Part shown: in pieces, positions 56,236 through 63,976 of the stretch
Layout: each line of letters opens with the position of its first letter
How positions within the stretch are numbered: position 1 is the first letter of the stretch
Notes under the pieces: generated by a model
What the model saw: the letters and a program-made list of their open reading frames with translations, nothing else
What the model was told of the DNA's origin: nothing
Databases searched by the model: none
Virus record (IMG/VR): IMGVR_UViG_3300022220_000004
Span: 770 to 64,769 of that record
DNA from: a virus
Taxonomy: Duplodnaviria > Caudoviricetes
Direction: 5' to 3' (one strand)
Length of the DNA stretch: 64,000 nt
Translations under genes and position numbers: made by a program

Positions 56236-56803
56236 ACGGCTCTTGTCCCCCTTCCCCTAGCATGGCGGTTTCCCGCCCTGCTGATAGCTTCATCTGATTG
56301 TGCGCAGTGTCGTACCACTCTTCCAGTACCGCCGGGTAGATGTACCTGAACCAGTGCGCCCGGTCAGCACTCGTGTTCGCATTCCTGGACAGGTATGCGA
56401 TCCCGCCTACCGCCTCTACCGCCCTGCCCACGGCGGCATGTGACCAGCTTACAGGCGCATAGCCGCCAGTGTCCACCGGCTCACCACGCACGCCGTACAG
56501 CGAGATCCCCTGCTGTACCTCTGCCCACGCTGCCGCCGCAGAGGGTATGCCGTCGATCTCTGCCAGCACTTCCAGCGCAGCTGTGCGGATCACCGCAGGG
56601 GTTGGCAATATCGTCGCCTTATCCCATTCACTCAGGACACGGAGCACCGCTTGCTCGATGATTGACACCGGCATCCCATCCAGCACCATGGCATAGGTTG
56701 CTATGGTGCGTGCGGTCATGCCCGGCGCCGATGGCAGGCCGTCATTCAGGTACCGCAGGGCCATGCCGATACGTTCCAGTCGCTTTGGTTGGTTGTCGCT
56801 CAT
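56219..56803 (-). CDS. helicase loader/inhibitor (G39P-like)
   Basis: PTPA.IR...PSAAAAWAEV...I..YG...AVEAVGG pattern; lies between the initiator and DnaB. Confidence 0.6.
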   Translation of the reverse strand: MSDNQPKRLERIGMALRYLNDGLPSAPGMTARTIATYAMVLDGMPVSIIEQAVLRVLSEWDKATILPTPAVIRTAALEVLAEIDGIPSAAAAWAEVQQGISLYGVRGEPVDTGGYAPVSWSHAAVGRAVEAVGGIAYLSRNANTSADRAHWFRYIYPAVLEEWYDTAHNQMKLSAGRETAMLGEGGQEPYGWPT

Positions 56804-56804
56804 G

Positions 56805-58013
56805 TCACACTCCCATCTGCGCTAGTTCGGCTACTGCGTTGGCAGTGATGTCACTGCCGGCCGCTCGATTGTTCCTGCTCTGTGGCTTGCTGGCGTAGAA
56901 CTGCAGGATCTGCGCCTCGCTTGGCAGGTCGCCGTTCGTTTCGTACAGCTTCTCCATCTTGTGAAGGTCGCCGGCGATGACCCGCAGGGTGTTGGCTGTT
57001 GACGTTGGTGAAACAATGTCAAAGGTCCAGGCGTCACCGAGTTCACGGCGTGCGTGCAGGACCTGCAGTCCCCATCGTGCCCGGCGTACCAGGACCGATG
57101 GCCAGGGCACAGTATTGTCCGGGGACGCAGCCTGTAGCGCTTCGCCGTAGGCCACGAGTCCCTGTACTATGCCATGCCGCCACTGGCCCACACCGTTGCG
57201 GGTCAGCGGCAGTGGTATCCCGAATAGTTCAGAGAATAGCAAGGCATAGGCGTAGATGTCGTGCCAGGTCAGACTGTACGGGAAGGTGATCCGCCGGCAA
57301 TACTCCTGCCATCTCAGCTGGCGCCGGTCCACGCTCTTGCCTGGCGCCTCGCTACCAACAGGGGACGCGATCTGTGCCCGCTGTTCAGCCGAAAGATCGT
57401 CAGGGTTACCGTCCAGGATCGTCTTTCCTGATCGGTCCACAGCTGCTGAGTCAGGAAAGGCAGCATCCAGAACAGGCGCCGCTTTGGCGGCGCTTTTTTC
57501 TGTTGTATCCTCTGGAGTAGTCTCGTGTGAAGTCTCTGAAATAGTTTGCGGGTTTCCTGCATCCTTGGTTGCGGGTTCCCCTGGCTCAGTTTGCGGGTTT
57601 CCTGCATCCTTGGTTGCGGGTTTCCTGCTTTGTGGCGGGGTTTCATCTTTGGCTTGCTCGACCAGTAGCCTGGTCAGTTCCTGGTAGTTCACCTTGAACC
57701 ACAGCCTGGCGGGTACACCTTTCAGCTTCTCTTTCAGCACCCCGAGTGCTACCAGCTTCTTTCTGATCCGCTCTTGCTGGCTGCGGGTCAGTGCCGTCTC
57801 GTGGTAGATCTCAGCCTGTGTCTTGGCCACATAGTCAGGGTCCCAGGTGCCCTTGTCACCCCAGTACATGATCTGTCCCAGGAAGAGGGCGGCGCCAACA
57901 TCGTCACCCAGTGCCCTGGCGAGCGCCGGGTGAAATGCCACGGGTCTGTCACCCAGGACAGACCAGACGGCTAGGGCGTCCTCACTCCACGTGCCGTTAG
58001 ACGCTTTTGTCAT
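56805..58013 (-). CDS. replication initiator / replisome organizer (start reassigned to MTKAS)
   Basis: N-terminal wHTH (PVAFHP.LA...FLGQIMYW...KT..E..ET.L...RKKL), low-complexity linker containing iterons. Confidence 0.75.
   Translation of the reverse strand: MTKASNGTWSEDALAVWSVLGDRPVAFHPALARALGDDVGAALFLGQIMYWGDKGTWDPDYVAKTQAEIYHETALTRSQQERIRKKLVALGVLKEKLKGVPARLWFKVNYQELTRLLVEQAKDETPPQSRKPATKDAGNPQTEPGEPATKDAGNPQTISETSHETTPEDTTEKSAAKAAPVLDAAFPDSAAVDRSGKTILDGNPDDLSAEQRAQIASPVGSEAPGKSVDRRQLRWQEYCRRITFPYSLTWHDIYAYALLFSELFGIPLPLTRNGVGQWRHGIVQGLVAYGEALQAASPDNTVPWPSVLVRRARWGLQVLHARRELGDAWTFDIVSPTSTANTLRVIAGDLHKMEKLYETNGDLPSEAQILQFYASKPQSRNNRAAGSDITANAVAELAQMGV
57543..57628. repeat. iteron-like direct repeats (putative origin)
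   Basis: four TTGCGGGTT at 57546, 57569, 57591 and 57614; exact 35-bp duplication at 45-bp spacing. Confidence 0.75.
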
Positions 58014-58368
58014 CGCTTCCATCCTTTTCATCGCCGGCCGCATCGCCGTCATCGCCGGCCGCATCGTCCAAGTCGAATGGCGATCCAGGCGCTGTTTCAA
58101 CCCGCCCGAGTGTGTAGCCGACCAACTGACCACCCTTCTTGACCGGAACCATCGGCCCCTCGTGCTGTTCCTGGCTGTCGTCCTGCCAGGTGACTGTCCC
58201 ACGTGCCCACAGCTGGCCCTCTTTCATCCAGGTTTCCTCTATCTCCAGGCTCTTGATCTGTGGGAGTTCTGCCACGTCCTCTTCCGTGGCGTGGTTGCCG
58301 AAGCCCTGCAACCGCCGTATAGCGCTTGCCATTGCCTCGCCAGTTGTCGATCCATTGCCTTGCGCCAT
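57997..58368 (-). CDS. hypothetical protein (start reassigned to MAQGNG)
   Basis: SD GAAAGGA; first gene after the structured leader. Confidence 0.5.
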   Translation of the reverse strand: MAQGNGSTTGEAMASAIRRLQGFGNHATEEDVAELPQIKSLEIEETWMKEGQLWARGTVTWQDDSQEQHEGPMVPVKKGGQLVGYTLGRVETAPGSPFDLDDAAGDDGDAAGDEKDGSDDKSV

Positions 58369-58402
58369 TGCGATCCTTTCCGTGGTGGTGTGCCACAGGG
58401 GT

Positions 58403-58527
58403 AGAAAAGAGGGGACCTGTAGTCTGACCCGATGTACGGTTTCTGGCGGATCACCCGACACCGTGAAGGCATCGGGTCAGACTGCAAGTCCCCTCTATTG
58501 TACGCACTCTTGCTGTCAGGTGATCCA
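58403..58527 (-). promoter_or_regulatory. structured 5' leader / attenuator candidate
   Basis: 27-bp stem (58470-58496 with 58408-58434) followed by a U tract; alternative pairings possible. Confidence 0.6.
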
Positions 58528-58532
58528 CTGGA

Positions 58533-58562
58533 ATTATACCACAAAGGCGTCAAACGTGTCAA
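58533..58562 (-). promoter_or_regulatory. consensus sigma70 promoter of the replication operon
   Basis: TTGACA-N18-TATAAT with extended -10. Confidence 0.8.
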
Positions 58563-58585
58563 GTCCGTGATCGCTCGATCACAAC

Positions 58586-58625
58586 AGGAAAAAGGCGGGG
58601 TCGCCCCCGCCAGCCCCCTTTCCTG
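58586..58625 (-). terminator. intrinsic terminator
   Basis: GGCGGGG-GCGA-CCCCGCC-TTTTTCCT. Confidence 0.75.
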
Positions 58626-58630
58626 GTTTG

Positions 58631-59020
58631 CTATCCTGCCGCTGTGATGAAGGAGTCCGATCCGTCTTTGACATAACCGATGGATCGGAAGCCGTAATCT
58701 GCAACCTCGAACGCCTCACCGTCCGGTGAGACAATGACATCTCCGATGCTCATGCTGGTGTGGTTGATGCCACGGCGCCGCAGCAGCGGCCTGGCCTCAC
58801 CGTGTGGTGACCAGTTCATGCCCTGCATCTGGTTGTAGACCCACTGCAAGTTGGTGCAGTGCGCCCAGTCTTCACCCATCACGTCCCGCTTGTGGTTCTG
58901 GTGCGTGATGTACTCGTGCGTACCCCGCAGGTCTTCCGCTCTCAGGCCCAGGTCAGACATGAAAATGGGTTCCCGCCGGTACCAGATCTCGTACAGCCCG
59001 TACAGTATCCTGCCTGCCAT
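58631..59020 (-). CDS. YodL-like domain protein (start reassigned to MAGRIL)
   Basis: HTSMSIGDVIV.....F.V...GF motif; SD GGGGG. Confidence 0.65.
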   Translation of the reverse strand: MAGRILYGLYEIWYRREPIFMSDLGLRAEDLRGTHEYITHQNHKRDVMGEDWAHCTNLQWVYNQMQGMNWSPHGEARPLLRRRGINHTSMSIGDVIVSPDGEAFEVADYGFRSIGYVKDGSDSFITAAG

Positions 59021-59128
59021 TTGTCCTACCCCCTTTGATAGTCGTGAGCCAGGCCGGTGCCGACTTGCTAGGCACCAGCAGTGGCTCTTTGATTGTAGTA
59101 GCCGCTCACTTGAAGTGTAGCGCCTCAA

Positions 59129-59166
59129 AGGAATAACGCCTGACAGTCTGTAAAACTGTCAGGCGT
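59129..59166 (-). repeat. cassette repeat copy 5
   Basis: AGGAATAACGCCTGACAGTCTGTAAAACTGTCAGGCGT. Confidence 0.95.
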
Positions 59167-59169
59167 CGT

Positions 59170-59604
59170 CTAGTATTGCCGTCGTCCATTCCACAGCTGC
59201 CTTTCCCCTGGCGCCGGTTCCTTCATGGTGAAGCGGGTGACCGGCCGGTCATTGCTTATCGGCGCGAACACGGGGTGCCCTACGCTTTGCGCCGTGTTCA
59301 GGGTCAGTGTCGTGTCCAGGAGTGTCTTGCGCCAGATCCCAGGTGCCCACTGTGTGTCACCGGGATTCCATACCATGGTGAAGAGGTCGCCAGGTGCCAG
59401 GTCCCCAAAAGTTATGGCGGGCACGGTGAAGATCTCTACGTCCACCAGCTGCCCCACGCCGGCCCAGTCATTGGTGCCGACCTTTCGTGCATTGGACACG
59501 ATCCCAGGTTCCTCTGCCTTTTCCCAAACGCCGTCAAGGCGCCCGCCGGGAACGGTGAACAGTTCCCCATTCTCCAGATCCTTGAACTGCCAAAGTGAAG
59601 CCAT
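59170..59604 (-). CDS. cassette gene with an internally duplicated small domain
   Basis: FKDLENGELFT...GVWEK...NA and FGDLAPGDLFT...GIWRK...NTA. Confidence 0.65.
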   Translation of the reverse strand: MASLWQFKDLENGELFTVPGGRLDGVWEKAEEPGIVSNARKVGTNDWAGVGQLVDVEIFTVPAITFGDLAPGDLFTMVWNPGDTQWAPGIWRKTLLDTTLTLNTAQSVGHPVFAPISNDRPVTRFTMKEPAPGERQLWNGRRQY

Positions 59605-59637
59605 GTTGCATCCCCCTCTCAGCGATTTGTCCTACAT

Positions 59638-59672
59638 AGGAATAACGCCTGACAGCGTGTAAAACTGTCAGG
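59638..59672 (-). repeat. cassette repeat copy 6
   Basis: AGGAATAACGCCTGACAGCGTGTAAAACTGTCAGG. Confidence 0.95.
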
Positions 59673-59758
59673 TGCATTCCCTCTCAGTTGTGTTGCCAGC
59701 TACGTAACCCGCATGCGGTAAGCCTACAGCTGGCGGCTTATATCTGCGTGGCCAGTTA

Positions 59759-60145
59759 TCAGATCAGCTGTGAGAAGTCCAGCGCCGGTGTGGTGTGGAT
59801 GCGCAACGTCGTTAGATGCCCGTGCGTTTCCACGTCAGGCACACTGTGCACGGTGCAGTCACTGCCGCACATCATGCACGCTAGCCCGCCAGTCTCAGTG
59901 CCGGTCACGTCCTTTGCCTTCATCTGCCAGCGGATGCCGCCGGCGATGCCGTGCAGGTCGCCTTCCTCACTGCGCGAGATCTTGGGTTCCACCCCTGCTT
60001 CTCTGTGGACTTCCAGCACCCTTTCTGACTCTTGGTGCAGGGCAACCACGCAGTAGGTGCACAGGTAACCCCGTGCTAGGAAACTAAAGATCCTGCATTC
60101 CGACCCGATGGGTGTCCAGGGCAGATTTTTGAAGTTCACGCCCAT
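59759..60145 (-). CDS. cassette gene, Zn-binding hypothetical protein (start MGVNFK)
   Basis: CTYC and CMMC; starts 15 nt after repeat copy 7. Confidence 0.55.
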   Translation of the reverse strand: MGVNFKNLPWTPIGSECRIFSFLARGYLCTYCVVALHQESERVLEVHREAGVEPKISRSEEGDLHGIAGGIRWQMKAKDVTGTETGGLACMMCGSDCTVHSVPDVETHGHLTTLRIHTTPALDFSQLI

Positions 60146-60159
60146 GGTTTGTCCCTCAC

Positions 60160-60198
60160 AGGAATAACGCCCGACAGCTTGTAAAACTGTCAGGCGTT
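60160..60198 (-). repeat. cassette repeat copy 7
   Basis: AGGAATAACGCCCGACAGCTTGTAAAACTGTCAGGCGTT. Confidence 0.95.
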
Positions 60199-60455
60199 TC
60201 CTTGGCCTCACATCCCACTCCGCCACCCGGCCCGCCTGAAACTGCATCGAGTGGCAGTTCTCAGGGCTTCCCAAAGTCTGCGGGTTATAGTGACCCGACC
60301 CAGGTCACCAGGGCTAGCATTAGCACATGATTGCACCCCCTCAGTGTGTCGTTCTACAGGAAAAAGGCCCGGTGACGCCCGCCCCACAGCGAGCGCCACC
60401 GGGTTGAGAGGGTTAGCACATAGGAAAAACGGGCCAGCACTTGGCCGGCCCGTTC

Positions 60456-60857
60456 CTAGTTCTTGCTCTTCTCCACTATCGTGCGGATCGACCTGTCAAT
60501 CTCTCCGTGGATGTCGGAGTACGTGCCGTTCCGCCACATGCTGTCAACCAGGACCCCGCGATCCACGTCCCACGAGAAGGCAAAGCGCTCCGCGATCTTG
60601 CCAAGTGCTTCTGCCCACTCTATGGCCAGCTTGCGTGTCCTCAGGTATGGCGTGCGATCCACGGCGTAGCCTGACTGAATGTGCGATACCGTCCAGCCGT
60701 TCGCGTTCACCGTGGGATCATCCAGCCGTGCGACCCTTGATACAGCCAGACCGGCAGGGATGTCGCCGCCGATGTAGCCCGGCCAGTCATCCGCCCGCTT
60801 GGTGCCGTCCAGCCAGTGTGTCATCTTGCTGAATGTAATCCGTTTCAGTTTGCCCAT
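60456..60857 (-). CDS. cassette gene, hypothetical (start MGKLKR)
   Basis: SD GAGGGGG; WTVSHIQSG motif. Confidence 0.6.
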   Translation of the reverse strand: MGKLKRITFSKMTHWLDGTKRADDWPGYIGGDIPAGLAVSRVARLDDPTVNANGWTVSHIQSGYAVDRTPYLRTRKLAIEWAEALGKIAERFAFSWDVDRGVLVDSMWRNGTYSDIHGEIDRSIRTIVEKSKN

Positions 60858-60887
60858 CGTGCACCCCCTCAGTGTATTGTCCCTCAT

Positions 60888-60926
60888 AGGAATAACGCCC
60901 GACAGCTTGTAAAACTGTCAGGCGTT
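60888..60926 (-). repeat. cassette repeat copy 8
   Basis: same as copy 7. Confidence 0.95.
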
Positions 60927-60930
60927 CCGG

Positions 60931-61284
60931 TTACCAGTTCATTGGCTCGATCAAGATGTCGTCCGGCATGATGTCGATGTCCGGCAGTGGTTGCCAGGCG
61001 TAGCCGCCGCCTGTCTCGTAGTGTGAGGATGGCAGGTCCAGCATGTAGCCAGGACCGTCAGGGATCTCCACGACCAGCCAGGCGTGGTCATCACCGTCGT
61101 GGCCACCGTCCCGGAAGTCGAACCCGTGTTCTGCCAGCACTCCGCCGAAGGCCATTGCGATGGCGTCACATGCGCCGCCGGTGTCCCAGTCGTGATCGTC
61201 CAGCGCCTCTTGTGCAGCGCCCGCCAGCAGGGTGTTCAGGTTCAGCAGCTGCACAACCTTGTCCAGCCTATCAGTTCCGCTCAT
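60931..61284 (-). CDS. cassette gene, possible transglutaminase/papain-like fold
   Basis: GACDAIA...HAWLV...YMLD (Cys-His-Asp order). Confidence 0.55.
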   Translation of the reverse strand: MSGTDRLDKVVQLLNLNTLLAGAAQEALDDHDWDTGGACDAIAMAFGGVLAEHGFDFRDGGHDGDDHAWLVVEIPDGPGYMLDLPSSHYETGGGYAWQPLPDIDIMPDDILIEPMNW

Positions 61285-61315
61285 ACTTGCACCCCCTCAG
61301 TGATTTGTCCTACAT

Positions 61316-61354
61316 AGGAAAAACGCCCGACAGTCTGTAAAACTGTCAGGCGTT
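61316..61354 (-). repeat. cassette repeat copy 9
   Basis: AGGAAAAACGCCCGACAGTCTGTAAAACTGTCAGGCGTT. Confidence 0.95.
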
Positions 61355-61363
61355 CACTGAGGT

Positions 61364-61543
61364 CTATGTTGCCCGTACCCGTGGAGACTTGGCGCCGCCA
61401 GTGTAGATGTACCACACTCTCCAGCCAGCACCAAAGAGGGCAGTGTACTCTGTGACTTTTCCTCTTGCCTTTTCGTCGGTGTCCGCCCAGTCTATGGGAA
61501 TGTACTCATCATCCCCACACCTGGCGCGGATTTCATATTTCAT
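61364..61543 (-). CDS. cassette gene, small hypothetical protein (start MKYEIR)
   Basis: SD GGGGG; ID.ADT...A.....EY...FG..W pattern. Confidence 0.55.
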   Translation of the reverse strand: MKYEIRARCGDDEYIPIDWADTDEKARGKVTEYTALFGAGWRVWYIYTGGAKSPRVRAT

Positions 61544-61723
61544 AGCCCGAGTCCCCCATTCCTTAGAGTTTTTGAGCAAAGGCCAACCCGCCTATGCGGC
61601 GCAGGTGTGACTGCCGCCCCGATACCCCCGCCACAGGCTGTGACTTGTCCCGCCAGCCAAGACCTGCCAGCTGTCCGAGTCCGCCATCAGTTGCCCCTGT
61701 GGTTCCGGGCCATTTGCCCTCAT

Positions 61724-61762
61724 AGGAATAACGCCTGACAGCGTGTAAAACTGTCAGGCGTT
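61724..61762 (-). repeat. cassette repeat copy 10
   Basis: AGGAATAACGCCTGACAGCGTGTAAAACTGTCAGGCGTT. Confidence 0.95.
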
Positions 61763-61769
61763 CTGTTTC

Positions 61770-62312
61770 CTAGAAAGGCTGTTCTTTGGTGCTGTCCAGA
61801 TTGGCCTGGTCCCATCCTGCCAGCCAGTTGGTAAAGATGGCCTCGTGGTAGGGCGGGTCATTGGTTTTGAGCATGTATTGCACATTCTCGTCCATGTAGG
61901 GCGCTCGCATCTTGCCCTCTTGGAACGCCGCCCGACCGGTGACCTTGGCCAGCTCTATGACCGCTTCCATGGCGTTCTCTACGTACTTTTGGCCAAGCAG
62001 AAGCTCGATGTACTCAGCGCTGTCCACGGCCCGATCTGCCAGCCTGGTCATGTAGTCGCGCACGTTCTGTAGCTCCACGACGGACAGGTCTACCGTCCGC
62101 TGCGAGATGTCCAGCGCCGGCCCGGTGAGGATTTCCAGCGCACGGCTCTCCGTGATCGTGACTGCCTGGAAGAACTCAAGGTGTGCCTGGCACTCGCCGC
62201 AGTAGCTTTCCGCCTCTTCCGGCGCGTGCTCATTGCAGTAGGCGCCGCCGCCGTAGTATGTGGCCTTGTCCGGTGACAATGCCTTGGTGCACACGTCACA
62301 GTAGACGCTCAT
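61770..62312 (-). CDS. cassette gene, Zn-finger hypothetical protein
   Basis: CDVC..YCNEH..CGEC; C-terminal WLAGWD. Confidence 0.65.
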   Translation of the reverse strand: MSVYCDVCTKALSPDKATYYGGGAYCNEHAPEEAESYCGECQAHLEFFQAVTITESRALEILTGPALDISQRTVDLSVVELQNVRDYMTRLADRAVDSAEYIELLLGQKYVENAMEAVIELAKVTGRAAFQEGKMRAPYMDENVQYMLKTNDPPYHEAIFTNWLAGWDQANLDSTKEQPF

Positions 62313-62345
62313 GATTGTACCCCCTCTCAGTGATTTGTCCTACAT

Positions 62346-62384
62346 AGGAATAACGCCTGACAGCGTGTAAAACTGTCAGGCGTT
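62346..62384 (-). repeat. cassette repeat copy 11
   Basis: same as copy 10. Confidence 0.95.
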
Positions 62385-62389
62385 CCGTT

Positions 62390-62830
62390 TCACTCTTGCA
62401 GAGACAAGGCAGCTGCACCCATTGCGGGCACGCCCGCCATGATCTTTTCCTTGGCGATGTCCAGTGTGCGCAGCCAGGCAGTTTTCACAGCTTCCATTGC
62501 CGGGCACCAGTCCGCAGTGCAGTCATCAGCGCCGCCATCAGGGCAGCGATCCTCACAGGCGCCATCCTCAAAGAGGGTCATGACGCTGACCATGATCCGC
62601 TGTGCCGTGGCTGCTTCCTGCTGCTTGATGGTTTCGCGTACCCGGCCGACCTCAGTTGCCCACACCTTGCCGTTGCTGTCTTTCACCAAGACCCGCCGCT
62701 CGCCGCCCAGGCCATCGCTCAGCATGCACCAGCCCAGGACCTTGATCAGCCTGCCGTCGTATCCCTGGATGCCAGGGTGTCGCCCCTGGTAGATCTTGCC
62801 TGCCAGGTCGCACTTGTCTTTGTCGCTCAT
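62390..62830 (-). CDS. cassette gene, hypothetical
   Basis: bounded by repeats 11 and 12; SD with a G9 run. Confidence 0.6.
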   Translation of the reverse strand: MSDKDKCDLAGKIYQGRHPGIQGYDGRLIKVLGWCMLSDGLGGERRVLVKDSNGKVWATEVGRVRETIKQQEAATAQRIMVSVMTLFEDGACEDRCPDGGADDCTADWCPAMEAVKTAWLRTLDIAKEKIMAGVPAMGAAALSLQE

Positions 62831-62864
62831 CGTGCACCCCCCCCCTCAGTGATTTGTCCTACAT

Positions 62865-62903
62865 AGGAATAACGCCTGACAGTGTGTAAAACTGTCAGGC
62901 GTT
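62865..62903 (-). repeat. cassette repeat copy 12
   Basis: AGGAATAACGCCTGACAGTGTGTAAAACTGTCAGGCGTT. Confidence 0.95.
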
Positions 62904-62908
62904 CTGTT

Positions 62909-63628
62909 CTACTTTTCCTCATCGGTCAGCAGTGACCCGATCCGCAAGCTGGAGTGTGTGGAGTAGAAGGTGTACGAGTGGGGGTACTTCCTGCTGCCCC
63001 GTGCCCACTTGATCGACCTGAATGCGCTGGCGCTAGGCATGTCCAGCCAGGCGCGATCAGACTTGACGATACTGCGATCATACTGGTTCACGCCGCCCCA
63101 CTCGATCTGGTAATGCAGCCAGTCAGGCGCTGTTCCCAGGTGTGAGTACTCAGGGATCTCCGACTCGTACACAACGGCCGTGCACCTGACCTGTACATCG
63201 TCACTCAGCTGCGCAAACCAGACGATCTTGACCTCTTTGCGCATGCTGCCAGCGTAGCCAGCCTTGATAAGGAAGGGCGCGATCTCTTGCGCCGTGCCGC
63301 CATACTTGGCGATCTGTGCATCTGCGTTTGTCTCAGGGCAGAACACCTTGAAGCTGCCGCCCTGCACGGTGACCATGGAGATGGGCGCATAGGCGTCCAT
63401 CAGTTCCTCTACTCCAGCCAGCCCGACGGTAGCGAACTCGATGCCACCAATTGAACCGTACAGAAGAGGCTTGTGTGTGAAGATGTACCGCACTCTGTCA
63501 GCGCAGGCGTCAGGCATGACATCCAGGATTTGCTGCTTGCGATCCAGTTCCGCCATCTTTTCCGCCGTGATCTTGGCCTGCTTTTCCAGAAGGTCCGCCC
63601 TCAGTTCCTCTACAGTGTTGCCTTTCAT
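62909..63628 (-). CDS. cassette gene, hypothetical
   Basis: bounded by repeats 12 and 13. Confidence 0.65.
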   Translation of the reverse strand: MKGNTVEELRADLLEKQAKITAEKMAELDRKQQILDVMPDACADRVRYIFTHKPLLYGSIGGIEFATVGLAGVEELMDAYAPISMVTVQGGSFKVFCPETNADAQIAKYGGTAQEIAPFLIKAGYAGSMRKEVKIVWFAQLSDDVQVRCTAVVYESEIPEYSHLGTAPDWLHYQIEWGGVNQYDRSIVKSDRAWLDMPSASAFRSIKWARGSRKYPHSYTFYSTHSSLRIGSLLTDEEK

Positions 63629-63658
63629 CGTGCACCCCCTCAGTGATTTGTCCTACAT

Positions 63659-63697
63659 AGGAATAACGCCCGACAGCTTGTAAAACTGTCAGGCGTT
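63659..63697 (-). repeat. cassette repeat copy 13
   Basis: same as copy 7. Confidence 0.95.
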
Positions 63698-63703
63698 CTG
63701 TGT

Positions 63704-63967
63704 TCACTCTTGAAAGAGCAGTGTTTTTGCCCCCTCTACCATGAAGGGCACCAGGTGGGTGCCGGGCGCATCTCCGAGCTTGGCCATACGTGCGTAAAAC
63801 TTCTCTCCGGCGTCCGTGTCGCCCTCTTCAAAGGTGACCGCGCCAGCAAAGATGTCATACTCCAGCCCACTGCCAGCGGTTTGGTAGTGCTCGCCCAGTT
63901 CCTCGCCCTCATCATCCACTACCTGGAACTCGAACGTCACCCAGGCTTTCATCTTGATCTTTGCCAT
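63704..63967 (-). CDS. cassette gene, acidic hypothetical protein
   Basis: bounded by repeat 13 and the truncated copy 14. Confidence 0.6.
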   Translation of the reverse strand: MAKIKMKAWVTFEFQVVDDEGEELGEHYQTAGSGLEYDIFAGAVTFEEGDTDAGEKFYARMAKLGDAPGTHLVPFMVEGAKTLLFQE

Positions 63968-63976
63968 TGTACCGTA

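Noticed and set aside
49460-63697. Canonical integron attC sites
   Set aside because: The ends are AAC...GTT but do not fit RYYYAAC/GTTRRRY, the core is only ~33 bp, there are no extrahelical bases, and the wobble pattern favours folding of the coding strand. Kept only as a secondary hypothesis.
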